From Parcubacteria group bacterium (lineage in GTDB: Bacteria; Patescibacteriota; Minisyncoccia; Phycocordibacterales; Phycocordibacteraceae), in assembly GCA_028286605.1 (NCBI GenBank), contig JAQBRE010000002.1:326011-390010 (forward strand): a stretch of 64,000 nt of DNA. Reading direction: 5' to 3'. The first letter of the stretch is position 1; each line of letters opens with the position of its first letter. A model generated the notes under the pieces. The model did not search any database, was not told where the DNA came from, and saw only the letters and a list, made by a program, of their open reading frames with translations. A program made the translations under genes and the position numbers. Of the stretch, positions 38,585 to 48,579 are shown piece by piece.

Positions 38585-39295
38585 TTAGCAAACATTCTTC
38601 GTCGACTCCGCGTATCGGAAATACTTCAGGATCTCGAAGAGAGCGAAGAATACGATAGCGCCGGTCCAGACGATGAAGAAGGCGAGCAGGGTGTGCGAAC
38701 CGCCTCCACTGATTATAAAGAAGTTAAATACGGTGTGCAATGTGATTGCAAGGACAAGTCCGACGATCGCAGCGACTGCGCGCCATACCCGCGGCCATTT
38801 ATAGGAGAACGCGAGTGAGAATCCGATGACGGATGACGCGATAACGTGCAGAAGCGTCGAACCAACGAAGCGCAGGTTGTCGGTAGCGATTCCAATAAGG
38901 AATTGGCCGTCGCCGAACGGCTGAATAAGGAAAAGGGTATTTTCAAGCGCCGCAAAGCCGAGCGCGACGGTGAGCATATAGATAACGAGATCAATAGACT
39001 CGTTCACGTCGCGTCGCCACAGAACGAACAGGGCAGCGAGGCCGAACTTTACGGTTTCCTCGATAGCCGCCCAGGCAAGTATCACTGGGGTACCGTCTGG
39101 TAGAAGCGTCTGTGCGAGCGTTTCGAGCGGAAGCACCACTGGCACCGCGAGCATGCCGGCCATGAAGGCAACGGTAATCAGTGTGCGCGGTTCAGGGCAC
39201 CGCTCATCTTCTTTCAGGAGGAAGTGGAGCCAGATAAGCGCGGGCAGTATGCCGCCAAGAAAGGCATAGCCGAATGTCGCGATAGAAGGGACCAT
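38585..39295 (-). CDS. PrsW family intramembrane protease
   Basis: PEP, IEETVK, LGFAALEN, LLH and LHTVFN motifs. Confidence 0.9.
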   Translation of the reverse strand: MVPSIATFGYAFLGGILPALIWLHFLLKEDERCPEPRTLITVAFMAGMLAVPVVLPLETLAQTLLPDGTPVILAWAAIEETVKFGLAALFVLWRRDVNESIDLVIYMLTVALGFAALENTLFLIQPFGDGQFLIGIATDNLRFVGSTLLHVIASSVIGFSLAFSYKWPRVWRAVAAIVGLVLAITLHTVFNFFIISGGGSHTLLAFFIVWTGAIVFFALFEILKYFRYAESTKNVC

Positions 39296-39342
39296 CAAAA
39301 TGATTATACAACACGCGGTGTGTCGTAATGCATGCTACGGCG

Positions 39343-41487
39343 CTAATTACTTGGCCAGCTGGCGACGATGAGCATACCGTCGTGTTCAGGAAGGCTCTGC
39401 CAGATCTCTTCAGTTACGAATGGCATGAAGGGGTGGAGGAGGATGAGGACGTCCTTCAAGAGGGCGCGCAGCGTAGCTGCGCGCGATGCAGCCGCTTCCT
39501 TATCATCCCCAAGAAGTATCGGCTTCGATTCTTCCAGAATACGATCCGCTAATTCCTTCCACGCATATTGATACATTTTGTCGGCAGCAAGATACATGCG
39601 ATACGCTTCCATATCTTTCGTTACATCTGCAGCTATATCGGCGAGTTCGGTTTTCAGTGCCATGTCCACTTCTGTGAGCGGCGCATCCAAATCTGCACCC
39701 TCGGTGCTCTCAAGTATGAAGCGCGTGATATTCCAGAGCTTGTTCGCGAAGTGCTTATAACCCTTTATCTTATCGTCTGAAAGTCGCGTGTCCATTCCGG
39801 GCGTATTGCCCACGACTATAGCCATGCGTGACGCATCAGCGCCGAACTTATCGATCATGACAATTGGATCAATACCGTTACCAAGAGACTTAGAGAACTT
39901 CTGCCCCTTCGCGTCGCGAATGAGGCCGTGCAGATAGACGGTCTTGAATGGAATATCGCCAAGCACGAACTGCGTCATAAGGATCATGCGCGCGACCCAG
40001 AAGAAAAGGATGTCGTGTCCGGTTTCAAGAACATCAGTCGGATGGAAGCGCGCGAGGTCTGGTGTTTCATCCGGCCAGCCAAGGGTTGAGAAGGTCCACG
40101 AGCCCGAAGAGAACCACGTGTCGAGCGTGTCTTCATCCTGTACCCAGCCATCGGTAGCCCAGTCTCCTTCAGGCGGTTCACCTACGGTTATTTCATCGCC
40201 GCGCGTCCATACCGGTACGCGATGTCCGTACCAGATCTGACGGCTGATGCACCAGTCCCGAAGATTTTCAATCCAGTGGTAATACGTCTTATCAAGATAT
40301 TCAGGAAGAATCGTTATTGCGCCAGAACGTACGGGCTCAAGCATAAGCTCCTTCAGTGATTTGTTGCCGCGCTCCTTGATCGGCTTATTCACATCGATGA
40401 ACCACTGCAGTTTCGGAAGAGGCTCGATAACGCCGCCCGTGCGTTCAGCCGTAGAGATGTTCTGCGTGATGTCTTCTTCGTTTTCAAGCAAGCCCTGTTC
40501 CTTCAGCCACTCAACGACTTTCTCGCGCGCTTCTCCGACCTTAAGTCCATTAAGTGGCCCAGCAACCATCATCTTTGCGCGCTCATCGATAACCTGCGGA
40601 TGCGGCAGATTGTGGCGCTCAGCGATTTCCCAGTCTATCTGTGAATGTGCGGGCGTAACGCCAAGGGCACCGGTGCCGAATTCAGGCTCAACGCTCGTAT
40701 CGCCGACGATCTTTATATGAAGCGGTACGCCCATGAATTCAAGATCGTATTCTTTTCCGATGAATTCCTTATAGCGAATGTCGTCGGGATGTACCGCAAC
40801 TGCCGTATCGCCAACCTTCGTTTCAGGACGGCTCGTGGCAATAGTGATAGGGAAGTCCTTAGAATATTTAAAGGTATAGAGTTTTCCTGCGCGCTCCTGA
40901 TGAACGATCTCATCATCTGAAATCGTCGTCTGGCCTTTCGGATCCCAGTTAACGATACGTAAGCCTTTATAGATAAGGCCGGCATCATACATATCCTTGA
41001 ACATCGTGTTAACGGCTCGGTTGCGCTTCTGGTCCAGGGTGAAGGCTTCGCGAGACCAATCGCAGGACGCACCCGTCGCACGGATCTGCATGCGGATAGT
41101 ATCGCGACTTTCTTCAACGAACGTGTCGATTCGTTTCAGGAGCTCTTCGCGACCAAGATCATGACGACTCTTGCCTTCGGCTTTCTGAACGTCTTTCTCG
41201 ACGCGCGATTGCGTAGCAATCGCGGCGTGGTCCGTACCAGGCAGCCAGAGTGCTTCGTACCCCTGCATACGCCTGAAGCGAATCATCATGTCCTGAAGCG
41301 TCATGCCGAGCATGTGGCCCATATGCAGAACGCCTGTGGCATTCGGTGGCGGCATCATGATGGTGAAGGGTCCCTTCGTGGCGTTCGGAAGATTGTCCGG
41401 GTTGAAATAGCCCGATTCTTCCCACATCTGGTAGATGCGGGTCTCGGTATCTGCAGAGTTGTACGGCTTCTTGAATTTATCAATCAT
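39343..41487 (-). CDS. valS: Valine--tRNA ligase
   Basis: PPPNATGVLHMGH, PGTDHAAIATQ, DWCISRQIWYGH, LDTWFSS and KFSKS. Confidence 0.97.
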   Translation of the reverse strand: MIDKFKKPYNSADTETRIYQMWEESGYFNPDNLPNATKGPFTIMMPPPNATGVLHMGHMLGMTLQDMMIRFRRMQGYEALWLPGTDHAAIATQSRVEKDVQKAEGKSRHDLGREELLKRIDTFVEESRDTIRMQIRATGASCDWSREAFTLDQKRNRAVNTMFKDMYDAGLIYKGLRIVNWDPKGQTTISDDEIVHQERAGKLYTFKYSKDFPITIATSRPETKVGDTAVAVHPDDIRYKEFIGKEYDLEFMGVPLHIKIVGDTSVEPEFGTGALGVTPAHSQIDWEIAERHNLPHPQVIDERAKMMVAGPLNGLKVGEAREKVVEWLKEQGLLENEEDITQNISTAERTGGVIEPLPKLQWFIDVNKPIKERGNKSLKELMLEPVRSGAITILPEYLDKTYYHWIENLRDWCISRQIWYGHRVPVWTRGDEITVGEPPEGDWATDGWVQDEDTLDTWFSSGSWTFSTLGWPDETPDLARFHPTDVLETGHDILFFWVARMILMTQFVLGDIPFKTVYLHGLIRDAKGQKFSKSLGNGIDPIVMIDKFGADASRMAIVVGNTPGMDTRLSDDKIKGYKHFANKLWNITRFILESTEGADLDAPLTEVDMALKTELADIAADVTKDMEAYRMYLAADKMYQYAWKELADRILEESKPILLGDDKEAAASRAATLRALLKDVLILLHPFMPFVTEEIWQSLPEHDGMLIVASWPSN

Positions 41488-41527
41488 TAGCTAAAATATA
41501 GCAAAAACCGCGCTTTTTTGCGCGGTT

Positions 41528-42709
41528 CTAGGATGCAGAGAGGGACAGGTTGCCGTTTGCCTTCAGTTCATCGATATCAGCGAAATCCTTACGAAGCCAG
41601 GAATAGAAACCAGCGATGGCGATCATAATGGCGTTGTCGCCGGTGAGAAAGGCAGAAGGTATGAAAAGAGAAACCTCAGGGTGATCCTGCGGCAGGCGCT
41701 CACGGAAGACGCGGCGTATGTGTGCGTTCGCAGAAACGCCTCCGCCGATAGCGAGCGTAAGCGCGCCGGTCTGTGCAAGTGCTTTCGATGCTTTTGCATA
41801 CAGCACGTCGCTTGCGGCATCTTCGAAGGCGCGAGCGAGCTGTTCCTTCTCGAGCTCAGTCAGTTCCTTTCCTTTCGTAAGATAGAGCACTGATGTCTTG
41901 AGGCCGCTGAAGGAGAAGTCGCAATCGTTCGTGTCGATCATCGGACGGGGAAGCTTGTATGGGTTTGTGCGGGAATCTTCGCGATCGCGTTCCGCAAGTT
42001 TAGACACCTCGGGGCCTCCCGGGTACGGGAGGCCCAGCATGCGCGCCACTTTATCGAATGCCTCACCGACCGCATCATCGCGCGTCTGGCCGATGAGCTG
42101 GTATTCACGCCACACATTCGCTGCATCCAGTTCTGTGTGTCCGCCAGAAATAAGCAGCGCGAGCAGCGGCATCTGTACGTCTTTCAATTCGTACGTACGC
42201 TCGCCTGCTTCGGTCAGGAGCGCAGAAAGCGTATGGCCTTCCATGTGATTCACGGCGATAAGCGGCTTGTCCCAAATAATAGAAAGTGCCTTAGCGAAGT
42301 TCACGCCAACCCAGAGCGCGGGCTCAAGGCCAGGGCCCGCCGTTACGGCAATCGCATCGATATCCGGAACTTCCATTTCAGAAACGGAAGCAAGGAACGC
42401 TTCGTCAAGATCAGGCTCGCGTTCAAGCAGCTTGGCGATACGCTCAGGCAGACCTTCTGCGAAGGTCTGCCTGTCTTCGCGCAGCATCTCTGCTTCTTCA
42501 AGCGCCGCTTCTAGTATGGGTACGAGATTCTTCGCATGTTCGCGCTTGGCGACGGCAGGAAACACGCCGCCGAATTCACGATGAATCTCGATCTGCGAAA
42601 GCAGCGCATTTCCTAAGATAGTGAATCGCGCAGCGTTCTCGTCGCCTTCGCATTCAAGGATAGCGATGGCCGTTTCGTCGCACGAGGTCTCAATTGCCAG
42701 CAGTTTCAT
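41528..42709 (-). CDS. tsaD: tRNA N6-adenosine threonylcarbamoyltransferase
   Basis: LAIETSCDET, GPGL, NHMEGH, SGGHT, DDAVGEAFDK and DNAIMIA. Confidence 0.96.
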   Translation of the reverse strand: MKLLAIETSCDETAIAILECEGDENAARFTILGNALLSQIEIHREFGGVFPAVAKREHAKNLVPILEAALEEAEMLREDRQTFAEGLPERIAKLLEREPDLDEAFLASVSEMEVPDIDAIAVTAGPGLEPALWVGVNFAKALSIIWDKPLIAVNHMEGHTLSALLTEAGERTYELKDVQMPLLALLISGGHTELDAANVWREYQLIGQTRDDAVGEAFDKVARMLGLPYPGGPEVSKLAERDREDSRTNPYKLPRPMIDTNDCDFSFSGLKTSVLYLTKGKELTELEKEQLARAFEDAASDVLYAKASKALAQTGALTLAIGGGVSANAHIRRVFRERLPQDHPEVSLFIPSAFLTGDNAIMIAIAGFYSWLRKDFADIDELKANGNLSLSAS

Positions 42710-43547
42710 CTTCGATAAGGGTCCACGGGAAGGGGCCTTCACGCGGGATAAGGAAACCAGATGCGCTCGGATGGCCGTTGCCGCCGAACTTCTGCGCGAT
42801 CTTGCTTACATCTATCGTGCCATCGCCGCGAATAGAAACGCCGTATCCGTTCGGATGCGCGGTTATCACGAGCGCGAACGGGCCCTTCTTGCGCGCAAGC
42901 TTATTGCCGATAAGTGATTTCATGGATTTCATCGGATGGCTCGATGCGAAATATATTTTATGGCCTTCGAATGATACGAGCTTCGCGTGACCAGCCGCCT
43001 CTTCTGCTAACAACTCGAAATATTCAGCGTAAATACGAGTCTTTTCGAAAAACGGTTCACGTTCGATAGGATCATCAAGCTTCTTTGCCATTTCGTCCCA
43101 TGATTCGAACGTAAGAGGATGTACTTCGAGATATGCCATCAGAGCTTTCGTGTCAGGAAGTGCGAACAGGAAGAGATCGTCATCCTGCACGTGAGCAAGC
43201 AGTGTTGGAAGGGGAGTTTCCGGATGAAAATAACGCCAAGCAATGCCCGCACCAGACAGTTCAGTTTCGTACACGTATTCAGGCATCGCCTGTATGACGT
43301 CAGCGACACCTTCGTGATGATCGAGCACCGTTACTTTAGAGGCGATTGATACGAAGTGATCCATATCTTCCTTCGCATAGCAGAAATCTATAAAATAGAG
43401 ATGCGCCCCCTCAAGACCTTCCTGCAAAGGAGTACCGCGATGTAGCGGGAAGTATTCAGCCGAATCACCGAACTTTTTCCACGCGGCATAAGCCCCTCCG
43501 AAGCCGTCGGGGCAGTTACCGTGATAGAGAATTACTGTGCGTCCCAT
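42690..43547 (-). CDS. DHH/DHHA1 family phosphoesterase
   Basis: YHGNCPDG, LDHH and C-terminal GGNGHPSASGF. Confidence 0.9.
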   Translation of the reverse strand: MGRTVILYHGNCPDGFGGAYAAWKKFGDSAEYFPLHRGTPLQEGLEGAHLYFIDFCYAKEDMDHFVSIASKVTVLDHHEGVADVIQAMPEYVYETELSGAGIAWRYFHPETPLPTLLAHVQDDDLFLFALPDTKALMAYLEVHPLTFESWDEMAKKLDDPIEREPFFEKTRIYAEYFELLAEEAAGHAKLVSFEGHKIYFASSHPMKSMKSLIGNKLARKKGPFALVITAHPNGYGVSIRGDGTIDVSKIAQKFGGNGHPSASGFLIPREGPFPWTLIEDETAGN

Positions 43548-43577
43548 ATATAGGTTATAGCGCATTTCTGCCTAGTG

Positions 43578-43650
43578 TGCGCGGTGTAGGATTCGAACCT
43601 ACGACATCGTCAACGTCAATGACGCGCTCTACCAACTGAGCTAACCGCGC
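43578..43650 (-). tRNA. tRNA-Val(GAC)
   Basis: Reverse complement gives GCGCGGT/ACCGCGC acceptor and anticodon arm CGTCA-TTGACGT-TGACG. Confidence 0.95.
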
Positions 43651-43765
43651 ATATCGAACTGGAAGCAGAATAGCGCATCTCGGGGTTATCTTCAACATGA
43701 AGGGCGGTACTCATGTACGTGCAAAACTCCATTTGCGTTGCACGGAGGTCGTATACTATTTGTAT

Positions 43766-44317
43766 ATGAAAAACAATTACGCGTGGGCGATTATCGTGCT
43801 CGTTCTTGTAGTGGCAGCCGGAGCAATCTGGTTCATGATGAATAAGGCGAACGTTCCGCTTCCTGATGCCGCAACGACGGTTGGCACAGGAACCACCGGC
43901 GCAACTCATACCGGTACTGCAGGAGGAGTTAAGACGACTTCTTCAGGAACGGTGGTAACGACTGACACTCGTCCTAAGATCACGAGCATCAATCCTGCAC
44001 AGGGCAAGCCAGGCGCAGTTGCTCAGATCAAGGGTGTGAATTTTGACAGCTCGACGAACGTCATTACCTTCGGTCCTTCCAAAGGTCTTCATCGTGCGGA
44101 TGGTACTGCAGACAATCAGGTAGGATCACTTGCCTCATCGGATGGCACGACTCTTAGCTTCACGGTACCGACGACTCTCCAGAGCGGCATGCTCTGTGAC
44201 CAGTCCAACGTATGTAAGACCTATGGCACAGGTTCAATCGCAACGGGCGTATACGATGTTACGGTCATCAACAAGAATGGCCTCAGCAATACGTTCCCAT
44301 TCAGCGTCATTCAATAA
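43766..44317 (+). CDS. Membrane-anchored IPT/TIG-domain protein
   Basis: TM, Thr/Gly linker, PKITSINP.QG..G....IKGVNF and YDVTVIN.NG.SN. Confidence 0.8.
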   Translation: MKNNYAWAIIVLVLVVAAGAIWFMMNKANVPLPDAATTVGTGTTGATHTGTAGGVKTTSSGTVVTTDTRPKITSINPAQGKPGAVAQIKGVNFDSSTNVITFGPSKGLHRADGTADNQVGSLASSDGTTLSFTVPTTLQSGMLCDQSNVCKTYGTGSIATGVYDVTVINKNGLSNTFPFSVIQ

Positions 44318-44383
44318 TTAATCCTTTAAAAAACACGGCCTTGCTATGCAAGGCCGTGTTTTTTAATACCCACCCACAAATAT

Positions 44384-46483
44384 CTAGAATAGATTCGCCA
44401 GGAACGTTCGTAACCAAGAAGCGAATACGCCAACCGAGGCAAGAAGGGAAGTGTGCGATACGACAGGAGCAATAGAGACCTGGCCCTGATATTCATAGGC
44501 GCCACGATCATAGGTTCCATCTGCGCCGCGAGTAACGCCGTATGCATCAACATTGTACGGTGAGCCGAGACTCACGCCTGGATTGAGTGGCGCACTCAGA
44601 TGGTAATCGCTCGTGAATACGTCAGTGCCGCTGCGAACGAATGGATCGGTACTCGAACCAATCTGAGCATTTGTATCATTCAGAGCTGCACCGGGGTTTT
44701 CGTCCACTGGAGTAGGAACACCGCTGGTTCGAACGTTTTTTGAGAAGTAATCGTTCGCGTGCGTTACGCCAAAGAAGCCGAATCCGTTACTTTGGTTGTT
44801 GTACCAGATATTGTTATAGACCAGATTGTTCGTGCCTTGTTCTATATGAAGCGCACCCACTGACGAGTTCTTCATATTCACCACGTCGTTGTTATAGAAC
44901 TGAAGATTATCCATTTCCTGCAAATCATTTCCCGTATGGTAGTAGTAGATGGTACTGACGCTGTCAGAGAAGATGTTTCCATAGATGCTCCAGTTCGTAG
45001 ATATTCCAAGATTAACTCCCGCGAATACGCCCGTCCCATTAATATCGTTCCAAATATTATTACGGAACGTCCAATTATCATTGGTTCCCTGTGAGGAGAC
45101 GCCTTCAGCATGATAGTTGGGGCAGATTGGATCGGTGTAGCCGGTGCTCTTCACGCCATCAATGGCATTATCTTCAATAAGAACGTTACTCCAATTGTTG
45201 AGATAGAATGCAGCACCGAACAAATTGTGCAGATAGTTGTCGCGGAAGGTGAAACCAGTTCCACCTGTCGTTCCGTTTATGCCGCGCATCGGGAACGTTA
45301 TGTCACCAGCATACGCGTTAACGTGCTCAATCGTGAGATTAGAGACCGTGTTAGTAAGCTGGAAGAGCATATGGAAGCCATTGCAGACTGGATTAGTCTG
45401 CGTAACGGTAATGCCGAAGCCGCTCGTCCAGTTTCCTGGGCCTCCCCCGGTTGAACCGTCAAGCACGTAGTACGGGGTCGTGTAGTTGAACATCGGGAAC
45501 GTGGCCGTTCCGGTTCCATAGGAAGAAATCCAGCCCGTATCAGTTCCGTGATTGCTCTGGGTGGCTTTCTTAACGGTTATTAGTGTACTGCCAGAGGCCG
45601 CATCGCTGAAGGTGTGGATGGCATATTCTGTTCCGGAGCCGCAGAGGTAATAGGTATCACCGCGCACCAATGATTTAGGAAGGTCGAGATAGGCGTTGGT
45701 CCAGTCAGCACCGGTATGTGTGCCTGCCGTTGCGTCAGGACACACATATACGAACGTAGGATCCGTAACCGTTGGAGTTACTGGCACTACCGGTAGTACT
45801 ACGGGAGGCTTATTGGATATCGGAGTAGGCGTAGGGTCCGGCGTCGGGGTAGGTGTGGGAGTAGGCGCTGGCGGAGTAACGGTGGTCGTTTGAGTATTCG
45901 TATCGGATGTACCGGTAACTGAAGAAACAGTATTCGTAACGGTCGAAATAATCGTGCCAAGCACGGATGTTGATACTGGCGTCGATGCAGGAGCCGGAGA
46001 CGGCGCAGAAGATACGGCTGGTGCAGGCGCGCCCGTGTTTGAGGAAATACGCGGAACGCTTGGCGACACATATGTGGATGGTGAAACTGCTGAATGTGCA
46101 GCAACAGGAATTTGAGGAGCAATACCCAAGAGGGAATAATCCTTGAGGCTGTCGCTTGCCTTGACGGGTTGTCCCTTGGTAGCAGGGATGATGACTCGCG
46201 TCATGAGTCCGTATGCTCCGGGTGCTGAAACGATGACAACCGCGATAAGTACTAACTGAAGGAAAATGCTCGTCTTGCTGTGCGCAGGAGCCCTTTGAAC
46301 CGAGGAATATTGGGTCTGTGAACGCAACGCGAAAGGTCCTGTCTGGATTTTCAGGATAGCAAATGCGCCATTTACGTCTTCCGCACTCGACCCTTTAGAA
46401 GTGAGGTCTTTAAGAATGTCTTCTTCAGAATGCCCTGAGGCCTGTTTCTGACGTATGGTGTCGAGAAGTTCCTGGCTAGCCAT
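44384..46483 (-). CDS. Membrane-anchored beta-helix protein with choice-of-anchor-Q-like tail
   Basis: Termini resemble 33436-35295. Has a PT-repeat linker, an Asn-rich beta-helix and D..G..R....DRGAYEY. Confidence 0.8.
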   Translation of the reverse strand: MASQELLDTIRQKQASGHSEEDILKDLTSKGSSAEDVNGAFAILKIQTGPFALRSQTQYSSVQRAPAHSKTSIFLQLVLIAVVIVSAPGAYGLMTRVIIPATKGQPVKASDSLKDYSLLGIAPQIPVAAHSAVSPSTYVSPSVPRISSNTGAPAPAVSSAPSPAPASTPVSTSVLGTIISTVTNTVSSVTGTSDTNTQTTTVTPPAPTPTPTPTPDPTPTPISNKPPVVLPVVPVTPTVTDPTFVYVCPDATAGTHTGADWTNAYLDLPKSLVRGDTYYLCGSGTEYAIHTFSDAASGSTLITVKKATQSNHGTDTGWISSYGTGTATFPMFNYTTPYYVLDGSTGGGPGNWTSGFGITVTQTNPVCNGFHMLFQLTNTVSNLTIEHVNAYAGDITFPMRGINGTTGGTGFTFRDNYLHNLFGAAFYLNNWSNVLIEDNAIDGVKSTGYTDPICPNYHAEGVSSQGTNDNWTFRNNIWNDINGTGVFAGVNLGISTNWSIYGNIFSDSVSTIYYYHTGNDLQEMDNLQFYNNDVVNMKNSSVGALHIEQGTNNLVYNNIWYNNQSNGFGFFGVTHANDYFSKNVRTSGVPTPVDENPGAALNDTNAQIGSSTDPFVRSGTDVFTSDYHLSAPLNPGVSLGSPYNVDAYGVTRGADGTYDRGAYEYQGQVSIAPVVSHTSLLASVGVFASWLRTFLANLF

Positions 46484-46529
46484 GAAATTTCGTTTCCGGA
46501 TTCATGAGGAAATAATAGCACTAGTTTTG

Positions 46530-46601
46530 TGACTCCACGGGGAATCGAACCCCGATTTCAGCCGTGAAAGGGCCGCGTCCTAACCGTTAGACGATGGAGC
46601 C
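46530..46601 (-). tRNA. tRNA-Glu(TTC)
   Basis: Reverse complement GGCTCCA...TGGAGTC with anticodon loop CTTTCAC. Confidence 0.95.
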
Positions 46602-46623
46602 TTCTGTGAAGGCGGCACCAGCC

Positions 46624-46659
46624 TATCCTAGCATTTTTGGGCCCAAAAATGCTAGGATA
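46624..46659. promoter_or_regulatory. Perfect 36-bp palindrome; putative bidirectional extended -10 promoter
   Basis: TATCCTAGCATTTTTGGG|CCCAAAAATGCTAGGATA places TGCTAGGAT on each strand, facing divergent tRNAs. Confidence 0.7.
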
Positions 46660-46684
46660 CCAAGGTTCAACCAATTTTTACCCT

Positions 46685-46769
46685 GGAGAGGTGGCAGAGT
46701 GGTCGAATGCACCGGTTTCGAAAACCGGCGTACCGCAAGGTACCGGGAGTTCGAATCTCCCCCTCTCCG
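46685..46769 (+). tRNA. tRNA-Ser(CGA)
   Basis: Acceptor GGAGAGG/CCTCTCC, anticodon arm CCGGT-TTCGAAA-ACCGG and a long variable arm. Confidence 0.95.
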
Positions 46770-46845
46770 CAAATAATGAACGCCTGCTTCAGCAGGCGTT
46801 CATTCGTATCTGCTAGTATAGATAAATATCAGTTATTGCACTGTC

Positions 46846-47226
46846 ATGATCCAGCACCTCACTATTCACGTTAATGACATTGAGAAGAGTAAAGAATTCT
46901 ATCTCGAAGCACTGAAGCCGCTAGGTTATGAATTGATTAGTGATCATCCAGAATGGAAACTCGCCGGCATCGGGAAAAACGGAAAATCTGAGCTGTGGAT
47001 ATATGCAGCTGAAGGAGCAAAGCAAGTGGGGCACGTTGCGTTCGCAGCACTTAGTAAGGAGGAAGTGGATGGTTTCCATGCCGCAGCGCTTACTCATGGT
47101 GGCACCGATAATGGTGCGCCGGGATATCGCAAGGATTATGCTCCGAACTATTACGCATCGTTCGCGTTTGATCCGAGCGGTAACAACATCGAGACAGTGT
47201 TCATGGATCCCGATCCAACGATCTAG
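46846..47226 (+). CDS. VOC/glyoxalase family protein
   Basis: HLTIHVNDIEKSKEFY...HVAFAA...DNGAPG.R...DPSGNNIE. Confidence 0.92.
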   Translation: MIQHLTIHVNDIEKSKEFYLEALKPLGYELISDHPEWKLAGIGKNGKSELWIYAAEGAKQVGHVAFAALSKEEVDGFHAAALTHGGTDNGAPGYRKDYAPNYYASFAFDPSGNNIETVFMDPDPTI

Positions 47227-47232
47227 CGATTC

Positions 47233-47808
47233 ATGGTGACATCCGCCGAGTGGCTAGAACTTTTCTTGAACCTGATCGTCTTGGCCTTCGGATTCAAACT
47301 CGTGTCCGAAATAGCCCGCAACGGAAAGGTACCGCCTTTCATACGTACGCGTACCCTGATTGCGCAAGAGATCGCTGATGCGTTCGGAACGCTTCCGAAA
47401 GGAAGCGTCGTGTATGACCCTGGCTGCGGCGATGGACGAGTGCTTTTTGCTATCGCCGCGAAGAATCCGGGCGTGCAGTGCGTCGGCATCGAATTGCGCC
47501 TGTTCCCATACTTTCTGGCACTGCGTCGCCGCGCTGCATTCCTGCGAGAGTATCCGGAAGCGAAAGTCAGGGTTATTCGCGGCAACAGCTTCAAACAGGA
47601 TCTTTCGTCCGCAACGCATGTGTATACGTATCTTTATCCTGAAGTGCTAGATAGATTGTTACCTAAGTTCGAGAAAGAGCTTCACCCCGGCACTATACTT
47701 ATTTCGCTGGATTTCAAATTCTTGAAGAAGATATCAGAACGAATAATTCCGCTTGCGCACGCAGAGAAAGGGAAGCTGGGTGAAACGTTATATGTATACC
47801 GCTTCTGA
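47233..47808 (+). CDS. Class I SAM-dependent methyltransferase
   Basis: VYDPGCGDGRVL motif I with an N-terminal TM. Confidence 0.88.
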   Translation: MVTSAEWLELFLNLIVLAFGFKLVSEIARNGKVPPFIRTRTLIAQEIADAFGTLPKGSVVYDPGCGDGRVLFAIAAKNPGVQCVGIELRLFPYFLALRRRAAFLREYPEAKVRVIRGNSFKQDLSSATHVYTYLYPEVLDRLLPKFEKELHPGTILISLDFKFLKKISERIIPLAHAEKGKLGETLYVYRF

Positions 47809-48487
47809 TTTTAAGGTAACGCCGAAGGAAGCAGTGCAGCTGCAGAAGCAGCTGCGTGAACAGGTGAAGCTCGTGCCGCTTGAGAAAGCGCCCGTACTGA
47901 TAGGTGGTTGCGATGTGAGCATGAATCGATTCGCGAAAGAAGGGTTCGCCGGCTTCGTTACGCTTACGTATCCCGAACTGGTACTCATCGATCATGCAGT
48001 GGTGAAAGATACGATTCCATTCCCGTATGTGCCGGGCTTGCTTTCGTTCCGGGAGATTCCGATGCTTGCGAAGGCATGGGAGAGGCTGAAAACGAAACCG
48101 GATGTATTGGTGGTTGATGGTATCGGTATTGCGCACCCGCGACGGCTGGGCATCGCGACGCATCTGGGGCTCGTGCTTGGTATTCCAACAATAGGTTGTG
48201 CGAAGTCAGTACTCACAGGCATATATGAGGAGCCGGGAAATGAGCCGGGTGATATTTCATATTTGTATGACAAATATAATAAAGAAGAGATTATCGGAGC
48301 TGCGCTCCGCACGAAGCGAAATGTGAAGCCGGTCTTCGTGTCGCCGGGGCACCTCATCACGCTGCAGGAATCGATCGATCTGGTGTATTCCTGCGTCCGT
48401 AAACATCGCCTTCCTGAGGCGACGCGCTTCGCTCATAATACGGTGAATGAGTACCGCATTGCAGATATGCAGCAGGTTGCTCTTTGA
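47792..48487 (+). CDS. nfi: Endonuclease V
   Basis: GCDVS, FPYVPGLLSFRE, VDGIGIAHPRRLGIATH, IGCAKS and VSPGH. Confidence 0.96.
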   Translation: MYTASDFKVTPKEAVQLQKQLREQVKLVPLEKAPVLIGGCDVSMNRFAKEGFAGFVTLTYPELVLIDHAVVKDTIPFPYVPGLLSFREIPMLAKAWERLKTKPDVLVVDGIGIAHPRRLGIATHLGLVLGIPTIGCAKSVLTGIYEEPGNEPGDISYLYDKYNKEEIIGAALRTKRNVKPVFVSPGHLITLQESIDLVYSCVRKHRLPEATRFAHNTVNEYRIADMQQVAL

Positions 48488-48579
48488 GGCGGGCCACGTA
48501 TACTGCGGATACAGGTCGAATCATTGCCAGCCAATCTTGGACTGGCCTTTGCTTTTGTAAGGGCCGTCTACCAAATACT

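Noticed and set aside
33318-46769. Prophage or integrative element at the tRNA genes
   Set aside because: No integrase, phage genes or duplicated tRNA 3' ends are visible, and the interval is largely core genes.
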